From the NCBI GenBank assembly GCA_963715865.1, contig OY970280.1, positions 864,001 to 928,000 on the forward strand: a stretch of DNA of 64,000 nt, written 5' to 3'. The stretch comes from Candidatus Bathyarchaeota archaeon (GTDB lineage Archaea > Thermoproteota > Bathyarchaeia > Bathyarchaeales > Bathycorpusculaceae). Under the pieces are notes generated by a model that was not told where the DNA came from, did not search any database, and worked only from the letters and a program-made list of their open reading frames with translations. This document shows positions 56,426 to 64,000 of the stretch, in pieces; the stretch's first letter is position 1, and each line of letters begins with the position of its first letter. Made by a program: the position numbers and the translations under genes.

Positions 56426-57385
56426 ATGTTAAACCGTGAAAGCCAAATGACTGCGCCTGTCTGTAGCGCCTGCAAAACCAGAGAAGCCTTCTTCCACAGG
56501 CAATACTCAGGTGAAACGCTGTGCAAAAAATGCTTCACCCAATCCATCGAAGCAAAGGCGAGAGCAACCATGACGCGCTACCATATGCTGAGCTTTGATG
56601 ACCATTTAGCAGTGGCAGTTTCAGGCGGCAAAGACAGCCTAAGCCTACTGCATATCTTGGCGAAGTTGAAGCGGTTTCGCCCAAAAACCACGCTTACTGC
56701 GGTAACGGTGGATGAGGGCATTAAAGGCTACAGGGATGAAGCCTTAGAAATTGCGGCTGCAAACTGCAAAAAACTCGAAATCCCCCACCACATCGTCTCA
56801 TTCAAAGAGCTTTACGGCTTCACGCTAGACGAAATAATACTTAAAGCACGCAGCAAAGGCGAAACAGAGTTAACTGCCTGCGCTTACTGCGGCGTCCTGA
56901 GGAGAAAAGCCATAAACATTGGCGCCCGACAGGTTAAAGCAAACAAAGTCGCGACTGCACACACCTTAGACGACGAAGTGCAAACAATTCTCATGAATAT
57001 TTTTCACGGAGACATCATGCGGTTGGCTAAGGAGAAACCAGTCACCAGCGAAGTGCACCCGCTTCTTGTTCAGAAGATTAAGCCTTTTTGCGAAATCCCC
57101 GAAAAAGAAAGCGCCCTATATGCTTATGTGAAAAAAATCTCTTTTCAGGATACGCCGTGCCCCTACGCTTCCGAAGCCCTGCGCAATGATATTCGCGGGA
57201 TGATTAACCGCATGGAAGCGAAGCATGCTGGAACAAAATTTACTGTTTTCAAAGCCATGGAACGCTTAAGACCCGCATTGGAGGAGACAGCGAAGAAAGA
57301 AAGTTTCAAAACATGCGTTGAATGCGGCGAACCATCAGCATTGGATTTATGCAAGACCTGCGAGATGCTGAGGCAAGTGCGTTAA
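56426..57385 (+). CDS. TtuA/Ncs6-like tRNA 2-thiolation protein
   Basis: SGGKDS PP-loop, CAYCGVLRR, AHTLDDE, CPY, terminal Zn fingers. Confidence 0.92.
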   Translation: MLNRESQMTAPVCSACKTREAFFHRQYSGETLCKKCFTQSIEAKARATMTRYHMLSFDDHLAVAVSGGKDSLSLLHILAKLKRFRPKTTLTAVTVDEGIKGYRDEALEIAAANCKKLEIPHHIVSFKELYGFTLDEIILKARSKGETELTACAYCGVLRRKAINIGARQVKANKVATAHTLDDEVQTILMNIFHGDIMRLAKEKPVTSEVHPLLVQKIKPFCEIPEKESALYAYVKKISFQDTPCPYASEALRNDIRGMINRMEAKHAGTKFTVFKAMERLRPALEETAKKESFKTCVECGEPSALDLCKTCEMLRQVR

Positions 57386-57588
57386 GCTTTGCGGGTAAAT
57401 CCCTGGTCACTTTTTAATTTGCGAAGCATTTTTGAAGCTTCAAACGCGTTGCTTGCTGAGGCTACCTTTTGCGCCCGCAACAAATCAACATGCGCGCCGC
57501 AGTAGGGACAAATTTTTGTCCTTTGCCCTTTAGCTGTTAACATTAAACCTGCACATTTTGTACATTTTACTATTAACGTTGCTCCCAT
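57382..57588 (-). CDS. DUF1922-like Zn-ribbon protein
   Basis: CTKCAG..ICPYCG. Confidence 0.8.
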   Translation of the reverse strand: MGATLIVKCTKCAGLMLTAKGQRTKICPYCGAHVDLLRAQKVASASNAFEASKMLRKLKSDQGFTRKA

Positions 57589-57690
57589 TTCTGGTTTGCT
57601 TCCGAAAGGCTTTACGTCTTATCTCCAATTTGCATCTCCCGCATAATATCCCTTTTTCTTTTTTTGTCAAGTTTGCGAGGTTTTCTTAAT

Positions 57691-57906
57691 ATGAGCGACA
57701 CAGTTTTTGAGCCTTTCCTAAACAAGAATGTCCTAGTTGAAACCGACAACAATTTTCAGGTTAAAGGAAAATTAATTTATTACAAGTCCTCAGAGAAGGA
57801 AGACCATGAACCCTTTGTTTTAGTTTTGAAAGCGCAAGACCGCTTTATAGTTCTAAGGAATTGGGTTGTAATCAAAGAAATTAACCCCTGGAGCAAAGGC
57901 TTCTAA
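57691..57906 (+). CDS. Small Sm/LSm-like fold protein
   Basis: FLNKNVLVET..VKGKLI..LVL..IVLRNWVVI. Confidence 0.5.
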   Translation: MSDTVFEPFLNKNVLVETDNNFQVKGKLIYYKSSEKEDHEPFVLVLKAQDRFIVLRNWVVIKEINPWSKGF

Positions 57907-57907
57907 C

Positions 57908-58117
57908 ATGGTTAACGCTGAAAAAGTTAAGCGGAAACTGCCTTCCTTACTCTTAGACAGCAGCACTAATACTAAGAAGGGCTGGAAAGCCTTTATGCGC
58001 TCACGTTATCATTATGACCGATTCAAGAAAAAGAACCCTGAAAGATGCGACACTTTAACAAACAAGATTATAGCTGATCTTAACGAGCTGGAAACAGCGG
58101 TTTCAAGCGGTAGTTAA
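57908..58117 (+). CDS. Hypothetical protein
   Basis: 69-aa ORF adjacent to the previous gene. Confidence 0.45.
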   Translation: MVNAEKVKRKLPSLLLDSSTNTKKGWKAFMRSRYHYDRFKKKNPERCDTLTNKIIADLNELETAVSSGS

Positions 58118-58170
58118 TCATAAGCGTTAATGCAGCCGAGAAACATAAAAAAAAGAAAAAAGGGATAGTG

Positions 58171-58440
58171 CTATTTCACTTCTTGATCTGTTATTTCTGG
58201 CTTATAGTTTCCGTCGCCTAAGAGTTCGTAGAATATATCACCAAAACCAAGCGCTATAGCGACTTCCTCGCCACTCATGGCTTCCATAATGGACCGAGCG
58301 CTATCAATTATCACATACTGCATTTCTTCTTCTAGTGAAGAAGTGTTATCATGAGCTTGGCGACGATACCAATTTGCTATCGATTTTGGCACTTTAACAG
58401 TTACAGACTCATACTCTATAGGTTTTTTTAATTCAGACAT
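58171..58440 (-). CDS. RHH-like protein, paralog A
   Basis: PIEYESVTVKVPK..YKPEITDQE; paralog of the 62405 gene. Confidence 0.75.
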   Translation of the reverse strand: MSELKKPIEYESVTVKVPKSIANWYRRQAHDNTSSLEEEMQYVIIDSARSIMEAMSGEEVAIALGFGDIFYELLGDGNYKPEITDQEVK

Positions 58441-58556
58441 TTTTTATTTCTCCTTTTTCGTTTGGAATATTATAAAGATATTCCTGAAAGTATTAATGGG
58501 ATATACTTATATTTAAGAATATCTTTAAGATATATGTGGTGTCAAGGTTGGAAAAA

Positions 58557-58715
58557 ATGCCCGTGAAATTCAAAATAAGCGTTGTATTAGTCGGCAAGTC
58601 ATTAAAAGTAACTATTCCTAAAGAACTAAGTGAACACATCAAAATCAAGAAAGGCGACATCGTTTCAATGTGGGCGGATAACTCACATATAGTCATGGAA
58701 AAAGAGAAACCTTAA
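58557..58715 (+). CDS. AbrB/MazE/SpoVT-family DNA-binding protein (not in ORF track)
   Basis: MPVKFKISVVLVGKSLKVTIPKELSEHIKIKKGDIVSMWADNSHIVMEKEKP. Confidence 0.85.
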   Translation: MPVKFKISVVLVGKSLKVTIPKELSEHIKIKKGDIVSMWADNSHIVMEKEKP

Positions 58716-58812
58716 CCTCTCTTTATTTTTTATATGTTTCTCGGATTATTTCTCAAACTTTCTTATAATTATTATACGCTATTTAAAAAGCTGATTTGCT
58801 AAACGCTTAGTC

Positions 58813-58911
58813 ATGGACACCGCTAAACAATTCAAAAATTCACCTGAAATAAGGGAATACTGGAAAATCCACAAGCGCCAACAGAGAACAAAGAAGGCTA
58901 AAAAGAAATGA
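58813..58911 (+). CDS. 32-aa basic peptide
   Basis: MDTAKQFKNSPEIREYWKIHKRQQRTKKAKKK; ATGA overlap with the next gene. Confidence 0.45.
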   Translation: MDTAKQFKNSPEIREYWKIHKRQQRTKKAKKK

Positions 58912-59273
58912 AGCATAAAAGCGCCCTAGCAATCATGTGCATAACAGTTATCTTAGCCATGCTCACGCTACCATTCGCTTCCGCCATCACAGTGCCAACT
59001 CAAGGCGTATATTTGCCCTATGAAAACGGAACAACCGTTTTTTTACCATCAGGAACATATAGCAGCATCAACCGCACAAACAACGTTTGGTATGTGAATG
59101 GCGTGGTATATCCACAAGATTTGTCTTTGTCAAGAAATGACCTTGTACTAATGGTTGTCTTCTTCGTCTTTGTGCTTTTAGCATTCATAGGGTTTGCGCA
59201 GATAACGTTCGGTGTGTGGCTGCTTGTGGCTTCTTATCAGCATAGCTTGAAGGATAAGAAGGGGGAGAAATGA
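58908..59273 (+). CDS. Small secreted/membrane protein
   Basis: Signal peptide and C-terminal TM ending GVWLLVASYQ. Confidence 0.7.
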   Translation: MKHKSALAIMCITVILAMLTLPFASAITVPTQGVYLPYENGTTVFLPSGTYSSINRTNNVWYVNGVVYPQDLSLSRNDLVLMVVFFVFVLLAFIGFAQITFGVWLLVASYQHSLKDKKGEK

Positions 59274-61861
59274 AAGTTAAGATTTTGGTTCTTGTTTTCT
59301 TGCTGGTTAGTTCGCTGTTTCTGTTTTTGTATGTTCCTCAAGTTCATGCAACTGGAATAACGTGGGTTCAAGGCGACGGCTCCACTAATGGTCATGCCGT
59401 TGGAAGTGGCAGTTCAATTTCTCCTTCCATGACTAACACGCCTGCCTCAGGAAACGTTTTGATAGCCACGATAGGCATATCGGATTATAATGGTGCTGTA
59501 ACTGTTTCAAGCATCAGCCAAACCAATGTGGCATGGACTAAACAGAAAAGCATCAATGGTTATCCGTATGGTGATGGTCATTTTTGGCTGGATTCTGAAA
59601 TATGGTTAGGAGTAGTTAGTTCAGGTGCATCTAAAAATATTACCGTGAACTTGTCAGGAACTCCAAGTTATGCTTCTGTTGCTAATATTTGCGAGTACAG
59701 TGGAGTGGCAACAAGCAGTTTTCTTGACCAAACAGCAAGCAATTTCGCAATATCAAACCCCAAAATAATGGACACTGGCACAACGTCTGCAACGACACAA
59801 GCTAACGAATTATGGATTGGAAGTGTAGCAGCAGAAGCCTATGGCAATTTGTCAAATCCAGCTAATGGTTTTACATTGCTTGACGGGGTACAAGTATCGC
59901 CTAACTTGGGAAATGCCTATTTAGAGAAAATTGTTTCTTCAACTGGAACTGCAAGTAGCAGTGTTGATGACCCTGATTCTGTTGATGGTTTTGCTGGTTG
60001 CATCGCCACTTTCTTTGCGTCAGGTCCATTTAGCGGGTACCATTATGTTAATGGTCAAAACAGTCAAGTGGACAGCGTAGCTGACATAGGCACTCACAGC
60101 AACTTCACGGCGCAGCAGCAAGCCCCAGTAGCGAACAATCCTTACAATGACACTTTAACTGAGGCAGATAAAGGAGCCGCAGAAAGCTGGGTTAGCCCCA
60201 CTGGATACCAAGACCCTTCCAGCGGATGGAACAATGAAGCTAAAGCTTATGACGGTAACGCAGCGACAAGTTCTGATTCTAACCTTATCGTTAAAAATAC
60301 TTGGTCAACTTGGCTTGTTCTCAACTTCACAAATTCCGTTAGTGGCTCAAAAGTTGAGTACACGGTGCAAAGAAGCAATACCTATATAACAACTATGAAT
60401 GTTAGTGCAGCCAACCAGACTGGTTCTTGGACATTGCTTTATTCTGGTACGCCAACTTATAATTCATGGGAAAATCGAACTTTCACTAAGAGTGCCATGA
60501 CGGCTATTCGTTTTGCCTTTTACAATTCTTATACTAGTACTGGAACCCACAGTTACTATGCTTACGTTAACGAAACAGCATATCTAAATGATTATGTCGC
60601 AAATTATCAGCTAGGCCTTGAGGAACAGTTCACTTCTGTTCCAGCAGGTTACACTAATCAACAACTCGATATCTTTATGGGAACTTGGACAACAAGCGAT
60701 ACGGTTGGTGTTCAAGCATGGGGAGGAAGCAGTTGGACAAATATAGAAACCTTAACTAAGAATCAATGGAACAATTACACTTCAATAGGCACTTACATTA
60801 TCAGTAACACTTTAACAATCAAATTTGTTAATGAAACTCAAGCAGACCATACGGTTCAAGATTCATGGAGCAAATGCTCATGCCTACTATACCTATGGAA
60901 TAGCACAGGGCAAGAATATTCTTACATGCAATATAGTTCATCAATAATTTTGTCTTCTTCGTCACTTGGCAACGAAAAAGGTTTCTCATCAAGCAACATT
61001 CCAATAATATTAGGCATGACCGCAACAGGATTGGAAAAAGGGTTTGTTTCAAGTGGTCAAGCGTCGCTTTTGTCACTGTTAACATTTGGTCTTGAAAAAG
61101 GATTTAGCCAAATTTCTACAATAAGTTTGCTTAGTGGCATGGTTTTAGGAATTGAAAAAGGGTTCATATTTAATTCTGTAACGCAAATTCTCGGATTAAA
61201 TACGTCAGGACTTGAGAATGGTTTCTTATCAATCAACATTCTTCAGATTCTTGAGTTAAGTTCATCTAGTATTGAAAACGAATTTAGCCAAAATGAACAA
61301 GGAACTTTATTATCTCTATTAGCATCAGGCATAGAGAAAGGTTTTCTTCCACTTGAAATAGGCAGTTTACTAAGTAACATTGCTTTAGGACTTGAAAAAG
61401 AATTCAGTTCAAGCATAACTTCACTATTAGCATTTACAACTTCACTATTAGCATTTACAAGTGAGATACCTTATGCATCTTTTACTTTTATATTTTCAAA
61501 CATAATTCGAGGCTTAGAAAACTGGTTTGGCACCGCAGAACTATCCACAACATCAACCCCAATCACCATAATCCCCGCCACTCTTCCCCCATTACCCTAC
61601 GACCAAACCGCCTCACTAATCACAATGCTAATCCTATTCATCTTCTTCCTGTTCCTAGCATTCATAATCCGCACCCCCTTCATATTCGCAGTAGAAGCCT
61701 TCATCAGCATAATTTTCGGAATAAGCCTAATGATAAGCTACAGCAACACAAGCGTAGCGTGGCTTTTCGATATCATAGGCTTCGCACTAGTAACCCTTGG
61801 AATATGGTTGCTAGTCGCGGCTTACCAGTACAACATGCAAACAAAGAAGGCTAAAAAATGA
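59270..61861 (+). CDS. Large surface or virion-like protein: beta-rich N-terminus, 20-aa GLEKGF repeats, C-terminal TM bundle
   Basis: Signal peptide; exact 60-nt periodicity 60968-61447; three C-terminal TM helices. Confidence 0.85.
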   Translation: MKVKILVLVFLLVSSLFLFLYVPQVHATGITWVQGDGSTNGHAVGSGSSISPSMTNTPASGNVLIATIGISDYNGAVTVSSISQTNVAWTKQKSINGYPYGDGHFWLDSEIWLGVVSSGASKNITVNLSGTPSYASVANICEYSGVATSSFLDQTASNFAISNPKIMDTGTTSATTQANELWIGSVAAEAYGNLSNPANGFTLLDGVQVSPNLGNAYLEKIVSSTGTASSSVDDPDSVDGFAGCIATFFASGPFSGYHYVNGQNSQVDSVADIGTHSNFTAQQQAPVANNPYNDTLTEADKGAAESWVSPTGYQDPSSGWNNEAKAYDGNAATSSDSNLIVKNTWSTWLVLNFTNSVSGSKVEYTVQRSNTYITTMNVSAANQTGSWTLLYSGTPTYNSWENRTFTKSAMTAIRFAFYNSYTSTGTHSYYAYVNETAYLNDYVANYQLGLEEQFTSVPAGYTNQQLDIFMGTWTTSDTVGVQAWGGSSWTNIETLTKNQWNNYTSIGTYIISNTLTIKFVNETQADHTVQDSWSKCSCLLYLWNSTGQEYSYMQYSSSIILSSSSLGNEKGFSSSNIPIILGMTATGLEKGFVSSGQASLLSLLTFGLEKGFSQISTISLLSGMVLGIEKGFIFNSVTQILGLNTSGLENGFLSINILQILELSSSSIENEFSQNEQGTLLSLLASGIEKGFLPLEIGSLLSNIALGLEKEFSSSITSLLAFTTSLLAFTSEIPYASFTFIFSNIIRGLENWFGTAELSTTSTPITIIPATLPPLPYDQTASLITMLILFIFFLFLAFIIRTPFIFAVEAFISIIFGISLMISYSNTSVAWLFDIIGFALVTLGIWLLVAAYQYNMQTKKAKK
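61418..61459 (+). repeat. Perfect 21-bp tandem duplication (TSLLAFT x2)
   Basis: ACTTCACTATTAGCATTTACA twice. Confidence 0.95.
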
Positions 61862-61952
61862 AAAAAGAAGTAATAGTAGCGCAAAACCTTTGGCAGAAAG
61901 GTAAACCCATCACTTGCAACAAAGTAAATGGCGGAAGCAGAGGAAAATAAGA

Positions 61953-62123
61953 ATGATGTTAGATTGGAATACCCTGATTAACTCAATGATTAACGGTTTG
62001 TTTGTTGGCATGGGTTCAGGTGTCGGAGTGTGGATTGTGACAAGGCACTTGATAAGGCATTTAGAAGCCCTTGAGGAAAAACTCAAGAACGAAAACGGAA
62101 AGGCAGGTAAGAAGGAAGAATGA
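61953..62123 (+). CDS. Small single-TM protein with coiled-coil tail
   Basis: MMLDWNTLINSMINGLFVGMGSGVGVWIV..LEALEEKLK. Confidence 0.6.
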   Translation: MMLDWNTLINSMINGLFVGMGSGVGVWIVTRHLIRHLEALEEKLKNENGKAGKKEE

Positions 62124-62251
62124 TCTCACGAGATTGCGATGGATGCAGTATTCAGAGGGATTGCTGCATGCGCTATAGGTTAGCGGTCATAGGCGATAAA
62201 GTCTATTGCCCTGATGGAACGGCTCACCTGATAGATAGTGGATCTGCTTGA
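62120..62251 (+). CDS. 43-aa Cys-rich peptide (not in ORF track)
   Basis: MISRDCDGCSIQRDCCMRYR..VYCPDGTAH; ATGA overlap with the previous gene. Confidence 0.5.
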   Translation: MISRDCDGCSIQRDCCMRYRLAVIGDKVYCPDGTAHLIDSGSA

Positions 62252-62404
62252 TGGCAACGGAAAAGCAGAGTAGGAATTAACGTAAAATGCAGGATAACGA
62301 AGTCTATCGGCTCCGTTCTAAAGTTTGCCCACACATCATTAAGGCAGCTAGCCTAAAACGTTGATGCAACCAAGAAACATAAAAAAGGGAAAAAAGGGTG
62401 AGGT

Positions 62405-62773
62405 TTACTTTTCTTCTTGATCTGTTATTTCTGGCTTATAGCTCACATCACCCAATATATTATAGAAAATCGGGCCTACCTCAAGCATAGCGATTAGTTC
62501 CTTTCCATTCAGACCTTCCATTTCAGCGCGCACATTATCAAGCAAGTCATATTCTATTTCTTCCTCTACCTGGACGTCCCGCTGCCCAGCTTCGAAGCGT
62601 AGAAAAGCCATTATTCGCTTAGGCACTTTGATAGTCACTTGTTCATACTCAATGGGTGCTGTTTGTTCTGTTTTTGCGTTAGTATCATTCAAGCCCATAG
62701 TTTCTTTTTTCATATATTCTCTCTCCTTTTTAGCGGTTGTATGCTGGATATTAACATAAGTTTTATTTAACAC
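62405..62773 (-). CDS. RHH-like protein, paralog B
   Basis: PIEYEQVTIKVPK..YKPEITDQE; real start probably MKKETMG. Confidence 0.75.
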   Translation of the reverse strand: MLNKTYVNIQHTTAKKEREYMKKETMGLNDTNAKTEQTAPIEYEQVTIKVPKRIMAFLRFEAGQRDVQVEEEIEYDLLDNVRAEMEGLNGKELIAMLEVGPIFYNILGDVSYKPEITDQEEK

Positions 62774-62836
62774 TTGTGCATAACTGCATACTAAAGGACA
62801 TAAACGTAAAAAGGAAAGGTGATTAACATAAGTGTC

Positions 62837-62986
62837 ATGGTTAAGAAAAGAATAGCCGTCACAGTAAGCGATGATCTCTTAAAATGGGTTGACCGCAAGG
62901 TTAAGGAAACAACTTTCGCCAATAGAAGCCATGCGATAGAACATGCTTTAACTAAACTGAAAGAAGCTGAAGAAAAGAAACCTTAA
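62837..62986 (+). CDS. CopG/RHH transcriptional regulator (not in ORF track)
   Basis: MVKKRIAVTVSDDLLKWVDRKVKETTFANRSHAIEHAL. Confidence 0.88.
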   Translation: MVKKRIAVTVSDDLLKWVDRKVKETTFANRSHAIEHALTKLKEAEEKKP

Positions 62987-63096
62987 CCTCTCTTTATTTT
63001 TATGTATTTCTCGGAACTTTTCTTAGACTTTTTAAAATATTTTATACGGTATTCAGAAATCGCGTCATTTCTTTTCATGCCTTAACGATTTTTGAT

Positions 63097-63897
63097 TTAT
63101 TCTGTTGCTGCCGGCGTCGGAATTTTGTATTCTGTTACTGTTTTTGATTTATCTACTTTTAGGCTTGGTTGTGGTGGCGACGGTTCCTTTTTCGATGGTG
63201 CTATAAACCCAAGCTTGTTAACCTCTTTTTCTCCGCCTTGAGCATATACTCGTTGTACTGTGAGCTCCCTTGATTCTCTTGGCTCGATTTTACCTTGTAT
63301 TTCTTTTGCAGCTATTCTGTTGCTTCCTGCATCGGTTTCTTTGTCTCTTTCGGCCTTTTCTTTAGACGGCTTTTTTGGAGCATGAACTTTTTTGACTGCT
63401 TTCTTGATTAAATTAGAAAATGTCTCTTCCGATGGTTTAGCTGTCTTTTTATGAGGTAATTTTGGTTTTGTTTTCGGTTTCTGTTTTATTTTAGGTTTGC
63501 GTTTGGTTTTGCTCTTCTTTTTGCGTGCAGGCTTCTTTTTATGACGTGTTTTGTTGGGTAGCTTATCTTTGTCCTTGTCCTTATCTTTGTTAGAGCTTTC
63601 GGCTTTTAATGGTATATCTTTACTCTTGACAGTTTGCTTGACCTCTGTAGCCGATTCGTCTACATGCGGGCTATTACTGGGTTCTTTTGAGGTTTCTGAA
63701 GGTGCTTTACTTCCTGGTTCCTCAGGGGGGCTTCTTTTAAGTTGAGGTGGATCCCCTGCAGGATACGGAGCACCATCCGTATCCCTTCCATGTGTAGCTG
63801 TCCCTTTGCCTAAATATATTGAATGCACTTTTGAGCCGTCCCGTACGCTTTCATACATGTAAGGGCCGCATCCATAGATTAATCGGTCATACACCAT
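63097..63897 (-). CDS. Lys-rich low-complexity protein with short N-terminal beta domain
   Basis: GPYMYESVRDGSKVHSIYLGKG, then KDKDKDKDK and K/P-rich tracts. Confidence 0.7.
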   Translation of the reverse strand: MVYDRLIYGCGPYMYESVRDGSKVHSIYLGKGTATHGRDTDGAPYPAGDPPQLKRSPPEEPGSKAPSETSKEPSNSPHVDESATEVKQTVKSKDIPLKAESSNKDKDKDKDKLPNKTRHKKKPARKKKSKTKRKPKIKQKPKTKPKLPHKKTAKPSEETFSNLIKKAVKKVHAPKKPSKEKAERDKETDAGSNRIAAKEIQGKIEPRESRELTVQRVYAQGGEKEVNKLGFIAPSKKEPSPPQPSLKVDKSKTVTEYKIPTPAATE

Positions 63898-64000
63898 TAC
63901 ATTTACACTGCATATTGCTATCTATAGCCACTAATTTAATGCTTACGCTTTTTGAGTAGCTACCCAAAATTAAGTAATGCCTTATATTTACACTACAGAC

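Larger units (their letters stand above)
57660..64000. mobile_element. Provirus/plasmid-like region (boundaries uncertain, runs off the window)
   Basis: Short overlapping ORFs (ATGA junctions), AbrB and RHH regulators, duplicated module, no housekeeping genes. Confidence 0.55.

Overview
Archaeal chromosomal window, most likely Bathyarchaeia (inferred from TBP, TFS, pelota, DUF5752-like genes, a PQQ-type beta-propeller surface protein and 'LLVYFKKRK' anchored proteins). Four zones. (1) 1-10.9 kb: housekeeping and stress genes (M50-CBS protease, PRTase, PfpI, AlkP-family, Hsp20, D-2-hydroxyacid dehydrogenase, Lrp, TFS), several with frameshifts. (2) ~11-33.5 kb: mosaic island ending in a tyrosine integrase next to tRNA-Gly(GCC). 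It carries a MoxR ATPase, minimal PolX, HEPN, wHTH, an NDT/TIR-like gene, MTase and transposase remnants, small membrane proteins and several chimeric junctions. (3) 33.7-57.6 kb: intact core operons (ABC transporters, FrhB/FpoF-like-CBS, a complex-I-like group 4 [NiFe]-hydrogenase cluster, proBA, pelota, TBP, TtuA-like). (4) 57.7-64 kb: virus/plasmid-like region with a duplicated regulatory module and a large repeat-containing membrane protein. The most striking unexplained signal is a family of about 13 tRNA-3'-end-like sites, many of the form TTGAAC-N8-GTTCAA. They punctuate the island, show shuffled left and right halves, and twice contain a ~130-bp inverted-repeat mini-element inserted in the 8-bp spacer. 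This suggests a tyrosine-recombinase cassette system (inference). Family assignments come from motif recognition only; no database searches were run.
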